The position numbers and the translations under genes are program-made. This document shows, piece by piece, positions 9,164 to 17,709 of a stretch of 64,000 nucleotides of DNA. This DNA is from Bacteroidota bacterium. GTDB lineage: Bacteria; Bacteroidota; Bacteroidia; J057; JAJTIE01. Numbering within the stretch: the stretch's first letter is position 1; each line of letters opens with the position of its first letter. Under the pieces are notes generated by a model, which saw nothing but the letters and a program-made list of their open reading frames with translations, made no database searches and was not told where the DNA came from. The DNA lies in NCBI GenBank assembly GCA_019638695.1, contig JAHBTG010000007.1, positions 482 to 64,481 on the forward strand, written 5' to 3'.

Positions 9164-10570
9164 TTACTTCCCCCGCCCCTGGAAGACGATCTGCACCGTG
9201 TAGAACAGGATGCGGAAGTCCCAGCTAAGGGACATATGCTCCAGGTAGAGCAGGTCATAACGCAGCCGCTGGAGCATCTCTTCCACATTGCTGGCATAGC
9301 CAAAGCGCACTTGCCCCAGGGAGGTGATGCCCGGTTTGATACAGAGCAGCTGCAGGTATTCCGGCGCATGGGGCACGATCTGGTCTATCCAGTATTGCCG
9401 TTCTGGCCGCGGTCCCACGAGGCTCATATCGCCCATCAGGACGTTCCAGAACTGCGGGAGCTCGTCCAGCCGGGTCTTGCGCAGGAACCGGCCCACCGGT
9501 GTAATGCGCGGGTCGTTGTGCTGGCTCAGGGCCGGGCCGTGTTTTTCCGCATCTATATACATGCTGCGGAATTTGATGATGCGGAAGGGTTTGCCGTTTT
9601 TGCCGATGCGTTCCTGCCGGAAGAATACAGGCCCGCGCGAGGTGCTGCCTACGAGTATGGCCAGTATGGTAAATACCGGTAACAACAGGATCAGGGCTGT
9701 CAATGAAACGCCTATGTCTATACTGCGTTTGAGAAAGGCTGTAAACGGACGCTGGAAGGTGGTGTCTATCTCAATGGGCGCATAGACCATTTCGGTGAGC
9801 ATATGGGCTTTGCCCAGCAGGAAATCATACATCTGCGGTGCAGCCACCAAGCGCACCGGTGCATCTTGCAGGGCTTTGAGCAAATGGAAGTACTGGGGGT
9901 ATTCCTCTGGCTCCAGCGCCAGCAGTACATACCGGATCTTATACTGCCTGATAATTTCATACATATGGGATAATTGTCCCAGGCAGGGCACTGTGAGGGG
10001 CAGATGCACGGCTTCGCGGTTTTCCAGAGCTATATGGCCCACTACCTCGTAGCTGGCTCCGTACTGGAACCGGGGGAGTGTATTCAGGTACTGGCGTGCC
10101 GCCGGGCCGTTGCCAATGAGAATGCTCTTTTGCCGCAACCGGCCTTGCTGTAGCCGCCACTTGAACCAGGAACTGATGAGCAGGCGGTTCAGCCCTATGA
10201 CTATGAATTGTATGCCCAGGTAAATGAAGATGACCCGCTGGATATACCGGTAGTTGCCTTCAGGGTCATTGATAAAAGAAAGAAAAGCAATGATGAATAC
10301 GCCCAGTATACTGGCCTCCAGTACCAGCCCCAGTTCCCGGATGCGGCTGTACCGGTAAGTGTCCCGGTAGAGCCCAAAAGCATTGTATAGCAATACCCAG
10401 GCCACGCCGGCCATCAGGGCGCGCAGCCAGATGTAGAGATTGGGCAGGGTGTTGGGGTCATTGGACAGCCACTCGCGCCGCAACAGCCAGGCCAGTAACC
10501 AGCAGGTGGCGCTGAGCAGGAAGTCTGCCAGCAGGTAAGGAGCTTTGGAAGAGAAGTTGCGCAAGGTCAC
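9164..10570 (-). CDS. undecaprenyl-phosphate sugar phosphotransferase (WbaP/exopolysaccharide priming enzyme family)
   Basis: The C-terminal bacterial sugar transferase domain is present (FRIIKFRSMY...DPRITPVGRFLRKTRLDELPQFWNVLMGDMSLVGPRPE...), preceded by N-terminal TM helices. The track start at 10651 overlaps the upstream gene, so I place the start at GTG 10570. The start position is uncertain. Confidence 0.85.
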   Translation of the reverse strand: MTLRNFSSKAPYLLADFLLSATCWLLAWLLRREWLSNDPNTLPNLYIWLRALMAGVAWVLLYNAFGLYRDTYRYSRIRELGLVLEASILGVFIIAFLSFINDPEGNYRYIQRVIFIYLGIQFIVIGLNRLLISSWFKWRLQQGRLRQKSILIGNGPAARQYLNTLPRFQYGASYEVVGHIALENREAVHLPLTVPCLGQLSHMYEIIRQYKIRYVLLALEPEEYPQYFHLLKALQDAPVRLVAAPQMYDFLLGKAHMLTEMVYAPIEIDTTFQRPFTAFLKRSIDIGVSLTALILLLPVFTILAILVGSTSRGPVFFRQERIGKNGKPFRIIKFRSMYIDAEKHGPALSQHNDPRITPVGRFLRKTRLDELPQFWNVLMGDMSLVGPRPERQYWIDQIVPHAPEYLQLLCIKPGITSLGQVRFGYASNVEEMLQRLRYDLLYLEHMSLSWDFRILFYTVQIVFQGRGK

Positions 10571-10583
10571 CGTGAAGACTGGT

Positions 10584-11456
10584 CTATTTGAAGCGCAAGA
10601 TGCGTACGTTGTCCAGGAACAGCTCGCGCGGAGAGCCGTCGGACACCGCATAGAGGCGTAGCCTCCAGGTGGTGCCTTCCGGGGCTAATGCGGCCGGTAC
10701 CGTCAGGCGGAAATAAGCTGCTTTCCAACCGTCATCATTATAGCCGTGTACCAGGATCTGGGGGGTTAGTGCCTGTTCTCCGGTGCCGAAGTTGATCTGG
10801 ATAAGTCCTAGCGCAAACTTGATATTGCCCTTGAATTTCACTTCTGCCCAGATCTCGGTACCATTGCGCGGCAGGGCGAAGGTGTTTATGGAGACTACAT
10901 CAAAACTGCGGCGGGCATCGGTAAACTGCACGTAGCCGCAGCCGTTGCCTTGCAGCGGGTCTGCAGAACTGCGCACCAGGAAGGCGGTGTCTTCACGCAG
11001 TCCGTAGCGACGGAGCTGCATTTCCATTCCTTCAAAATTCTCTTCAAATACAGGGGTGATCACGGTGTCCGGGAAATAGCGGAAGACAGGCTGAAAGACT
11101 GTCGTCTGCCCGGTGAAGACTTGTGTTTTCAGCGTGTCAAACTTCAGGAAAGGGTATACTTCGTGGGCCTCTGCATTGAAGCTCTCCCACACGCCGGCGC
11201 GGGCAATAAAGGTGCCTTTGGTCTCTGTCTGCAGGAAAGGCAGCCGCACGGGGGGGGTGAATATACCATACAGGTCAGGTACCTGGAACAACCAGACATC
11301 CGGTATCATGCCGGGCAGGGTGTCTGCCCCGTCAATCAGCAGAGGAGGCTCCAGTTGAATATAAGCGGCCTGGGGCTCATCCGGGTTAATGACATCGCAG
11401 GCGATGCTTCCCAGGCTCAGTACCAGCAGTATTCCCCAAACAGCGTGGCGCAGCAT
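10584..11456 (-). CDS. hypothetical lipoprotein
   Basis: 290 aa, ATG start. The signal peptide carries a lipobox-like LSLGSIAC. No family recognised. The gene is packed tightly between the oxidoreductase and the sugar transferase. Confidence 0.6.
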   Translation of the reverse strand: MLRHAVWGILLVLSLGSIACDVINPDEPQAAYIQLEPPLLIDGADTLPGMIPDVWLFQVPDLYGIFTPPVRLPFLQTETKGTFIARAGVWESFNAEAHEVYPFLKFDTLKTQVFTGQTTVFQPVFRYFPDTVITPVFEENFEGMEMQLRRYGLREDTAFLVRSSADPLQGNGCGYVQFTDARRSFDVVSINTFALPRNGTEIWAEVKFKGNIKFALGLIQINFGTGEQALTPQILVHGYNDDGWKAAYFRLTVPAALAPEGTTWRLRLYAVSDGSPRELFLDNVRILRFK

Positions 11457-11461
11457 GCCGG

Positions 11462-12433
11462 TTATACGGGGAATGGGACTATCTTTTCCAGGATCTGGTG
11501 GGCCACATCCAGCGCCATGTAGGCGTCATGAGCCGTCACCGGGGGCTCTGTGCGCTGGTTGATGGCCCGTGCAAACTCGGCCAGTTCCATCTGGATGGCA
11601 TTGACCTCCGGCACTTGCGGGTACTCTACCTGCAGGTACCGGGTTTTGTCTCCCACCTCAAAAGAGAAGGGCAGGAGCTGGGCTTCCGGCATCTCGTCCG
11701 AGATGCGGAATATCTCTGTTTTTTTCTCCAGGAAGTCCAGTGAGAGATAGGCGTTTTTCTGGAAGAACCGCATTTTGCGCATATTCTTCACGCTGATGCG
11801 GCTGGCCGTCAGGTTGGCCACGGCGCCGTTATGAAACTCTATGCGGGCATTGGCAATGTCCGGAGTATCTGTAATGACGGCTACACCGCTGGCGCTCACG
11901 CGCTTGACGGTGCTGTTGATGAGTTTAAGGCAAATGTCTATATCGTGGATCATCAGATCCAGTACTACGGATACATCAATGCCCCTGGGGTTCCACTGGG
12001 CCAGGCGATGCCCTTCTATAAATAAGGGCTGGGGGTTCATGCCTTGCACCGCCAGCAGGGCGGGGTTAAAGCGCTCCACATGGCCTACCTGGGCCACGAT
12101 GCCGGCTTCGCGCGCCAGCGATACCAGCTTGCGGGCTTCCTCTACCGTGTGGGTAATGGGTTTTTCTATGAAGATGTGCCGGGAGTTGCGTATGACTTTG
12201 GAGGCTATTTCAAAATGCGTGAGCGTGGGCGTTACCAGGTCAATGGCATCGGCTGCGGCTATGAGGGCATCCATATCCTCCCAAATACGCAATCCGTATT
12301 GCTCTGCTGCAGCCCGGGCTACTTCGGGCTGGGCGTCATAAAAGCCCAGCAGCTCAAAGTCTGGATGATCCTTAAGTATTCGCAGGTGAATTTTGCCTAG
12401 GTGCCCTGCGCCGATAACCCCGATTTTTAGCAT
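11462..12433 (-). CDS. Gfo/Idh/MocA-family NAD(P)-dependent oxidoreductase
   Basis: 323 aa. The N-terminal Rossmann motif is MLKIGVIGAGHLGKIH. The EKP motif (IFIEKPITHT) is typical of this family. Confidence 0.85.
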   Translation of the reverse strand: MLKIGVIGAGHLGKIHLRILKDHPDFELLGFYDAQPEVARAAAEQYGLRIWEDMDALIAAADAIDLVTPTLTHFEIASKVIRNSRHIFIEKPITHTVEEARKLVSLAREAGIVAQVGHVERFNPALLAVQGMNPQPLFIEGHRLAQWNPRGIDVSVVLDLMIHDIDICLKLINSTVKRVSASGVAVITDTPDIANARIEFHNGAVANLTASRISVKNMRKMRFFQKNAYLSLDFLEKKTEIFRISDEMPEAQLLPFSFEVGDKTRYLQVEYPQVPEVNAIQMELAEFARAINQRTEPPVTAHDAYMALDVAHQILEKIVPFPV

Positions 12434-12529
12434 AGCTGTACAGATTTATGGACGAAGCGCTATCGCCCCGCCCTGCGAAAATACATAACTTTTGCCAAGC
12501 CTGCGGGTAGAGGTGAGCGGCCCGGGGGG

Positions 12530-13513
12530 CTATTGTATCAATATCTCGCTCCGGCCCAGCTCATACACTTCTTTGGCGTTCTCTGACACACGGGTGTACC
12601 AGATGACCTTGTGCAAGCCTTTATCCATCTCCGCATCCGGCGGCAGGGTGAATGTGGCGCAGGCCTGGGTACGGGCACGTTTGTATTCTATACGTGCCGA
12701 GGCAGAGTAGGGCTGTTCTCCTCCCGGGGTGCTATAATAGCCGCTGCCCATACTGGGGTGATGCAGTATACGCCCGTCGGGCTTCAGGACCACCATATAC
12801 AGGCTGCGGGTGCCCATGTCTGCAATATCATTTTTTTCCAGGGTTACGCAGCTTTTGAGTGCGCGTGTGCGGCGGCGGTTCAGTTTGGGCCCGGCGTCTT
12901 CTTTGCCGCGGGAATTGACGCCATACACCGTAATGGCGCTGGCCGCCAGCTTACTGCCTACCTGTATCTTCAGTTCATAGAGGAGGTTCTGGTCTTCCAG
13001 GTGGGTATTGGCCGTGGTGAGGCTGTCTTTCTCCAGCGTCAGCCGGTCAATCTTTTCACCCTGTTCTTTCAGCAGGGCTTCCAGCTCGGCTATCTTTTGG
13101 CGGTAACGGCGGTTGTAGAACTCCAGTTGTTCATATTTGCCCTTATACTCGTCGCGTTCCCTGGCAGTTAGCTGGCCTTGTGCCATGGATTTTTGCAGGC
13201 GCACTTTCAGGTAGGTGATCTCATCATCCAGCTTTTTGATCATCTCCTGTTTGCGCTGATTATCCAGCTTGGCATCGGATAGTGCGCCATCCATCTCTGC
13301 CATTTTTTTGTCCAGTTCGTTTAACTCGGCCTGCAGGTCTGTGCGGTCGCCTTCCAGCTCGGTCTTGTCTGTGGAGAGTTGGGAATTCCGGTTCAGTACA
13401 ACCAATAATACAATGGCCAGGATGGCTATTGCGCCTGCCAGTATATATACCGTGGTGGGCTTACGCTTAGGCTGTGGGGCCGGGGGCGGGCCCAGGGGCT
13501 GGGTAACTTCCAT
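12530..13513 (-). CDS. membrane-anchored coiled-coil protein with a globular C-terminal domain, function unknown
   Basis: 327 aa. A Pro-rich N-terminus is followed by one TM helix (VYILAGAIAILAIVLLVVL), about 150 aa rich in heptad-like charged repeats, and a C-terminal domain of about 130 aa. Confidence 0.65.
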   Translation of the reverse strand: MEVTQPLGPPPAPQPKRKPTTVYILAGAIAILAIVLLVVLNRNSQLSTDKTELEGDRTDLQAELNELDKKMAEMDGALSDAKLDNQRKQEMIKKLDDEITYLKVRLQKSMAQGQLTARERDEYKGKYEQLEFYNRRYRQKIAELEALLKEQGEKIDRLTLEKDSLTTANTHLEDQNLLYELKIQVGSKLAASAITVYGVNSRGKEDAGPKLNRRRTRALKSCVTLEKNDIADMGTRSLYMVVLKPDGRILHHPSMGSGYYSTPGGEQPYSASARIEYKRARTQACATFTLPPDAEMDKGLHKVIWYTRVSENAKEVYELGRSEILIQ

Positions 13514-13593
13514 AACACAAATATAAACAGGCCGCCAGGCAGTTTCTCTCAGGTTTAACGCTGCTGGCCGCTATTCTATTGACATGTCCCCTC

Positions 13594-13628
13594 AAAAAAA
13601 AGCCCCACCTTGTGGGTGGGGCTTTTGC
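13594..13628 (-). terminator. intrinsic terminator (bidirectional shape) after the large T9SS cargo gene
   Basis: AAAAAAAAGCCCCACC-TTGT-GGGTGGGGCTTTTGCTTT. On the minus strand the GC-rich hairpin is followed by T8. Confidence 0.7.
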
Positions 13629-13662
13629 TTTCAGACAAACGGACTACCTGAGTCCCATCTGC

Positions 13663-16600
13663 TTATTGCTTGACAATGCGCTTGATGGCTACGCCTTCAG
13701 GCGTAATCATGCGCATCAGGTAAATGCCGGAAGCGTGATTGCTCAGGTCCAGTTTGTATTCAAACTCACCTATAGCGGTCATCTCGCGGCGCTCGATCAG
13801 GATACCCCGGGCATCCATCAGCTCCAGGCGCACCTGGGTCTGGCGGTCAAAACCGGTTACTACCTCAAACACACCGGAGGTGGGGTTGGGGAATACGTCC
13901 ACCTGGCTGCTCAGGTCGGTTTTGCTACCGCGGCTATTGGGTATACAAGTGGCGCTTGGCAGTTGTGCCGCCCAAGTCAGGCGCAGGGTGTCGCAGCAAC
14001 CTACATTCAGGATGTAGTTGGGGTTGGTGGTGGGGCTGGCTACTGCTGTGGGCGGAGCTGAGCAGGTGATCAGCGTTACCGAACGGTTGCCGGACAGGTT
14101 TACCGAGTTGTCACGGGTTCTCACTACAATCTGGTCTGAACCAGGTGTGGTGAGTGAGCCCAGAGAACCGCTTACCAGCTCCAGGCGGTTGCTGGGTGCA
14201 ATGGCCCACCATTTGTGTGTAATGGGGGTTTGGGCTGCCGTAGAGGTATTGTTCACGGTCAGTCTCTCATATACACAGAGGCGGCTGTCCAGCGGCAGGT
14301 CTGAGGTGACGCTGATGCCGGTACTGTCCCAGGCCGTGATCGTGCGGCTGGCAGATACGGCATTGGTGCTGTTGGAACAAAGAGAATCTGCATCCCATGC
14401 CCGTACGGTGTAAGTAGCCGTACGTGTGTCCAGGTTGATGTTCTCCGTTTCATTGGGCCACAGCAGACCGAAAGTAGAGTTCCGGTTACGGCGCACATAG
14501 GTGGTATCGTCTCCGGGGTACTCTGTCGGATAGTTGGGGTGTGCTACGGGCGTTACGGTCCAGTCATAAATGACATCCCCAAAGGTTCCGGTGCTTGCAT
14601 TGCTGGCGTTAATCAGGTTGGTACGATGCAAACATACGTTGGTGGAGATGCTGCTCAGGTCCAGGCTGATGTTCCAGATGCGGAAGTTGTAAGTCTGTAC
14701 ACTGGTACAGCCGGTAACATTATCCTTCAGCTCTGCAGTGTAGGCACCGGGTTCGCTGAAACGCTGGAAGTTGCTGGAAGAGAACAGGTTGGCAGCAATG
14801 ATCTCATCTCCGCGGTACCAGCGTACCTGGTATTGCGGGTTGGTCACGGTATCTGCCAGCTGTACATACAGGCGGTTGTTGCCCGCGCCGCATACCTGGT
14901 ACTTGCCACCCACAAGCGTCACATTATCCAGTGCGCCGTCGTTGATATTGGTAAAGTTGCCAATACCTTCTTTTACCTGCAAAGTTACTGTGGGGACGGG
15001 GTTGATGGTTACATCAATCTCATCGGAAGCTGTACCGCAGGCACTGCTGGTAACTTCCACACGGAAGCGCTGGTTGATAGCCGAAGTGCTTACCGGAGGT
15101 GCATAGTGGAGGCTTTGGCCATCTACTGTGATTTCCGAGGCAATACTGGAGGTGCTCACGGATACAAAATTGCCGGCACCTTCTTCTACAAACCAGTCTG
15201 CAGCCAGTGTTTCGCCATCGTTTTCTTCCAGGCCAGTATTGAGGGTGATGGTACCGCAGTCTTCGGCTTCGTTAGAAGCAAAGATGGCGCCATCTCCTCC
15301 GTTTACGACTACACGCTTATGGGCAAGGTTGTTACATACTACGTGGTCGTTGTAAGTAGATACCCGGGCAATGATGTTGTAGGTGCCGGTAGAAGCAAAG
15401 TTTACCTGCCCGCCAACTACGTTGCTGAGATTGACACCGTTGCTGGCGTTGAAGGTAACAGTTTGCGTGTTACCCGGGGCCAGGGGGCTTCCCGGTGTGA
15501 TCTCGACACGACGCCAGGTGGCGTTTTGATTGCCTTCTACAAAATAGGTGACGGAGAAGCTGTCAACAGCTACTGTGCCGTTGTTCCGCACCTCAATAGT
15601 CACATCCTGGTTGCCTACACTACATACATTGCTGGCAGGTGCATTGATGCTTACAATACTCATATCACGAGTGGGTACTACCAGAGAACTGGCGTTCACC
15701 TCGCGGCCATTGATGTAGTAGAAGTCTGCACGCAGGTTGTCGTTGTTGAAAGGCAACTGCATGAACACCGTGGGGATAGTGTATACGCCGCCTTGGTCCA
15801 ATACCGTGGGGGAGGTAGTGGGGTAAAAAACGCGGTTATTGAAACTGGCATTTACACCGCTCATTGGGGTTTGCACAATAGGTGAGCGGGCCTCGTCACT
15901 CACACGGATGGCGCGGTGCCACAGGCTGGGTTGCATCTGGTTGTTCTCACGAGTGCGCAATGTGTCGTCTGACCAGCTGTAGAACATGACATTGCCGTCC
16001 TCACTACGGGAGAGCTTGAGGCGGGTGTCTATGTTCAGCGCGGAACCCGGGATAGTGCCGGAGTATTTTACCAGCTCAGTGATGTGCTTGGGTTCCCAGG
16101 TGCGGCCGCCGTCGCAGGAGGTGATATCAAATGCACCTTTGTACAGGCCGGGTTGGAAAGTGTAGGTAATGGAGCCTGCTCCCACCTTGCCGCCATTGAT
16201 ATAGCTTTCATCTGCTGCATTCACCACTTCCATAAAAATGTGGGGATTGCCATTGGCATCCACACGCAGGTCATAGTTAAAGGCCAGGCCCACACCGGAT
16301 GAGCTGAAGATAGTGTCCTGCCCGCTAGATCCTGTGCCGCGGTAGAACCTGTGAAGAGAATCTGTAATGGCCTCATAGTCATTGATGTATACTATATAAG
16401 GTCCTGTCCAGGTGGTTCCGCCATCTATAGTCTTGTATAGGATGGGGTTGATAGCAACGTCATTGGGATGGCCGGGGGTATTGGCTGCTCCTGCTATGCA
16501 GGTCCAGCCGGTCATGCCGTCAGGGGAGAAGTCCACAGTGGGACCGCTGGCCCACAAGGGGCGGCCATTGGTAGTGCTTTTGCGGTATGGCGGCTTGAAA

Positions 16601-17481
16601 GAGCGGTGAAGTTCCCATTCTACTTCCTCGCTGGTTTCATTGTATACTCCGCGGAAGAGCAGCGTGCTGTCCAGGGTGGCCTGGGAAGCGTATGCTACAT
16701 CATAGAGCCAGAACTCACCGGGTTTGCCCATACACAGGCCGCCGGGGAGCAATACGGGGTTATCCTGGCTGTTGCCCAGGAAGCTGAACTTGGCAGAAGG
16801 GCTTACGAAGTCAGAACCGTGAGGGCCGCCGTTCAGGTCTGTAGTGACCTTGGTGGCGTTACCCCACATATAGTTACCCCAGTTGCTGCCGTCCGTACAG
16901 GGAGAAACCCATGCGAATTGCGCATCTGCAATGTTGGTGGAACCACCGGGACGGTACAGCGCCACCTGGGGATAACGGCCGCGGGCCGTGTTGGGATAGG
17001 GCACGGGGTTGAGGGGGCCCAGGTTCTGTGTCCAGCTGGTACCGCGGTTGGTAGATACGGCCAGGCGGGAGATACCGTTGGAGGTCGTCGGAGGCGCAGG
17101 GCCGGGAGCTACCTGGTCCAGGCTCTGGCGGTGGATGAAGCTTACCAGGTTCAGGCCGTTATCCGCGATCAGCTGGTTCTGTTGCTGGCGCAGGATAGTA
17201 TAGGCATTGGTAGCCTCTGCTATCTTTTGCACGCTGATAGCAGACGTTTTGTCCAGCTCCGATACCGCATCCGGGGTGGCCTCGGAAGATGCCGGAAGTG
17301 TTACCCGGTCTTGCGGGCCCACAAAACCACCGCTTTCTATTAGCAACTGGTTCATGTACCACCTGTTCAGGGATACTTTCTGGGACATGGCCTCCCGCGA
17401 GATGGGACGGTAGTCCTGTGCTTGTGCACTGCCCCATAGAAGGGCCAGCAGCACAAAAATGTAGAACGGTTTACTCTTCAT
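13663..17481 (-). CDS. large secreted protein: BNR/Asp-box (sialidase-like propeller) N-terminal region, Ig-like repeats and a T9SS C-terminal sorting domain
   Basis: 1272 aa with a signal peptide (LLALLWGSAQAQ). Asp-box-like motifs are STNRGTSW, TIDGGTTW and SCDGGRTW. The C-terminus VDVFPNPTSGVFEV...GIYLMRMITPEGVAIKRIVKQ matches the type A T9SS CTD pattern. Confidence 0.8.
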   Translation of the reverse strand: MKSKPFYIFVLLALLWGSAQAQDYRPISREAMSQKVSLNRWYMNQLLIESGGFVGPQDRVTLPASSEATPDAVSELDKTSAISVQKIAEATNAYTILRQQQNQLIADNGLNLVSFIHRQSLDQVAPGPAPPTTSNGISRLAVSTNRGTSWTQNLGPLNPVPYPNTARGRYPQVALYRPGGSTNIADAQFAWVSPCTDGSNWGNYMWGNATKVTTDLNGGPHGSDFVSPSAKFSFLGNSQDNPVLLPGGLCMGKPGEFWLYDVAYASQATLDSTLLFRGVYNETSEEVEWELHRSFKPPYRKSTTNGRPLWASGPTVDFSPDGMTGWTCIAGAANTPGHPNDVAINPILYKTIDGGTTWTGPYIVYINDYEAITDSLHRFYRGTGSSGQDTIFSSSGVGLAFNYDLRVDANGNPHIFMEVVNAADESYINGGKVGAGSITYTFQPGLYKGAFDITSCDGGRTWEPKHITELVKYSGTIPGSALNIDTRLKLSRSEDGNVMFYSWSDDTLRTRENNQMQPSLWHRAIRVSDEARSPIVQTPMSGVNASFNNRVFYPTTSPTVLDQGGVYTIPTVFMQLPFNNDNLRADFYYINGREVNASSLVVPTRDMSIVSINAPASNVCSVGNQDVTIEVRNNGTVAVDSFSVTYFVEGNQNATWRRVEITPGSPLAPGNTQTVTFNASNGVNLSNVVGGQVNFASTGTYNIIARVSTYNDHVVCNNLAHKRVVVNGGDGAIFASNEAEDCGTITLNTGLEENDGETLAADWFVEEGAGNFVSVSTSSIASEITVDGQSLHYAPPVSTSAINQRFRVEVTSSACGTASDEIDVTINPVPTVTLQVKEGIGNFTNINDGALDNVTLVGGKYQVCGAGNNRLYVQLADTVTNPQYQVRWYRGDEIIAANLFSSSNFQRFSEPGAYTAELKDNVTGCTSVQTYNFRIWNISLDLSSISTNVCLHRTNLINASNASTGTFGDVIYDWTVTPVAHPNYPTEYPGDDTTYVRRNRNSTFGLLWPNETENINLDTRTATYTVRAWDADSLCSNSTNAVSASRTITAWDSTGISVTSDLPLDSRLCVYERLTVNNTSTAAQTPITHKWWAIAPSNRLELVSGSLGSLTTPGSDQIVVRTRDNSVNLSGNRSVTLITCSAPPTAVASPTTNPNYILNVGCCDTLRLTWAAQLPSATCIPNSRGSKTDLSSQVDVFPNPTSGVFEVVTGFDRQTQVRLELMDARGILIERREMTAIGEFEYKLDLSNHASGIYLMRMITPEGVAIKRIVKQ

Positions 17482-17709
17482 ACGAAACGATTGGGATAAA
17501 AAATACAGTAAAGGGAGATAAGATTAAGTATATGGTTTAGGGATTATTCGGCTTTGAGCGGGCGCTAAAATTAACAAGCATTTTCCTTCTACAGTATACT
17601 TCCTGCTTTTGATGGATTGCAGGGTTTCTCTCCCAAATTAGGGAGAAGCCTGTATGAAAGGTCGTATAATCGCCTCAAGTGGTATTTTTTAGGGTTAAAT
17701 GGTGCGTTC

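Noticed and set aside
11250-11257. G8 homopolymer inside the lipoprotein gene next to the glycan cluster, as a possible slipped-strand phase-variation tract
   Set aside because: An equal G8 tract occurs in the M43 protease gene (18205-18212) and a C7 tract in the housekeeping RNase G gene (around 63667-63673). Such runs are therefore not restricted to this gene here (they encode Pro-Pro or Gly-Gly) and are not evidence of a contingency locus.
14539-15885. 448-aa plus-strand ORF inside the large T9SS cargo gene
   Set aside because: It is codon-aligned antisense to a gene with a signal peptide, Asp-boxes and a CTD. There are no start-site signals and no domain.
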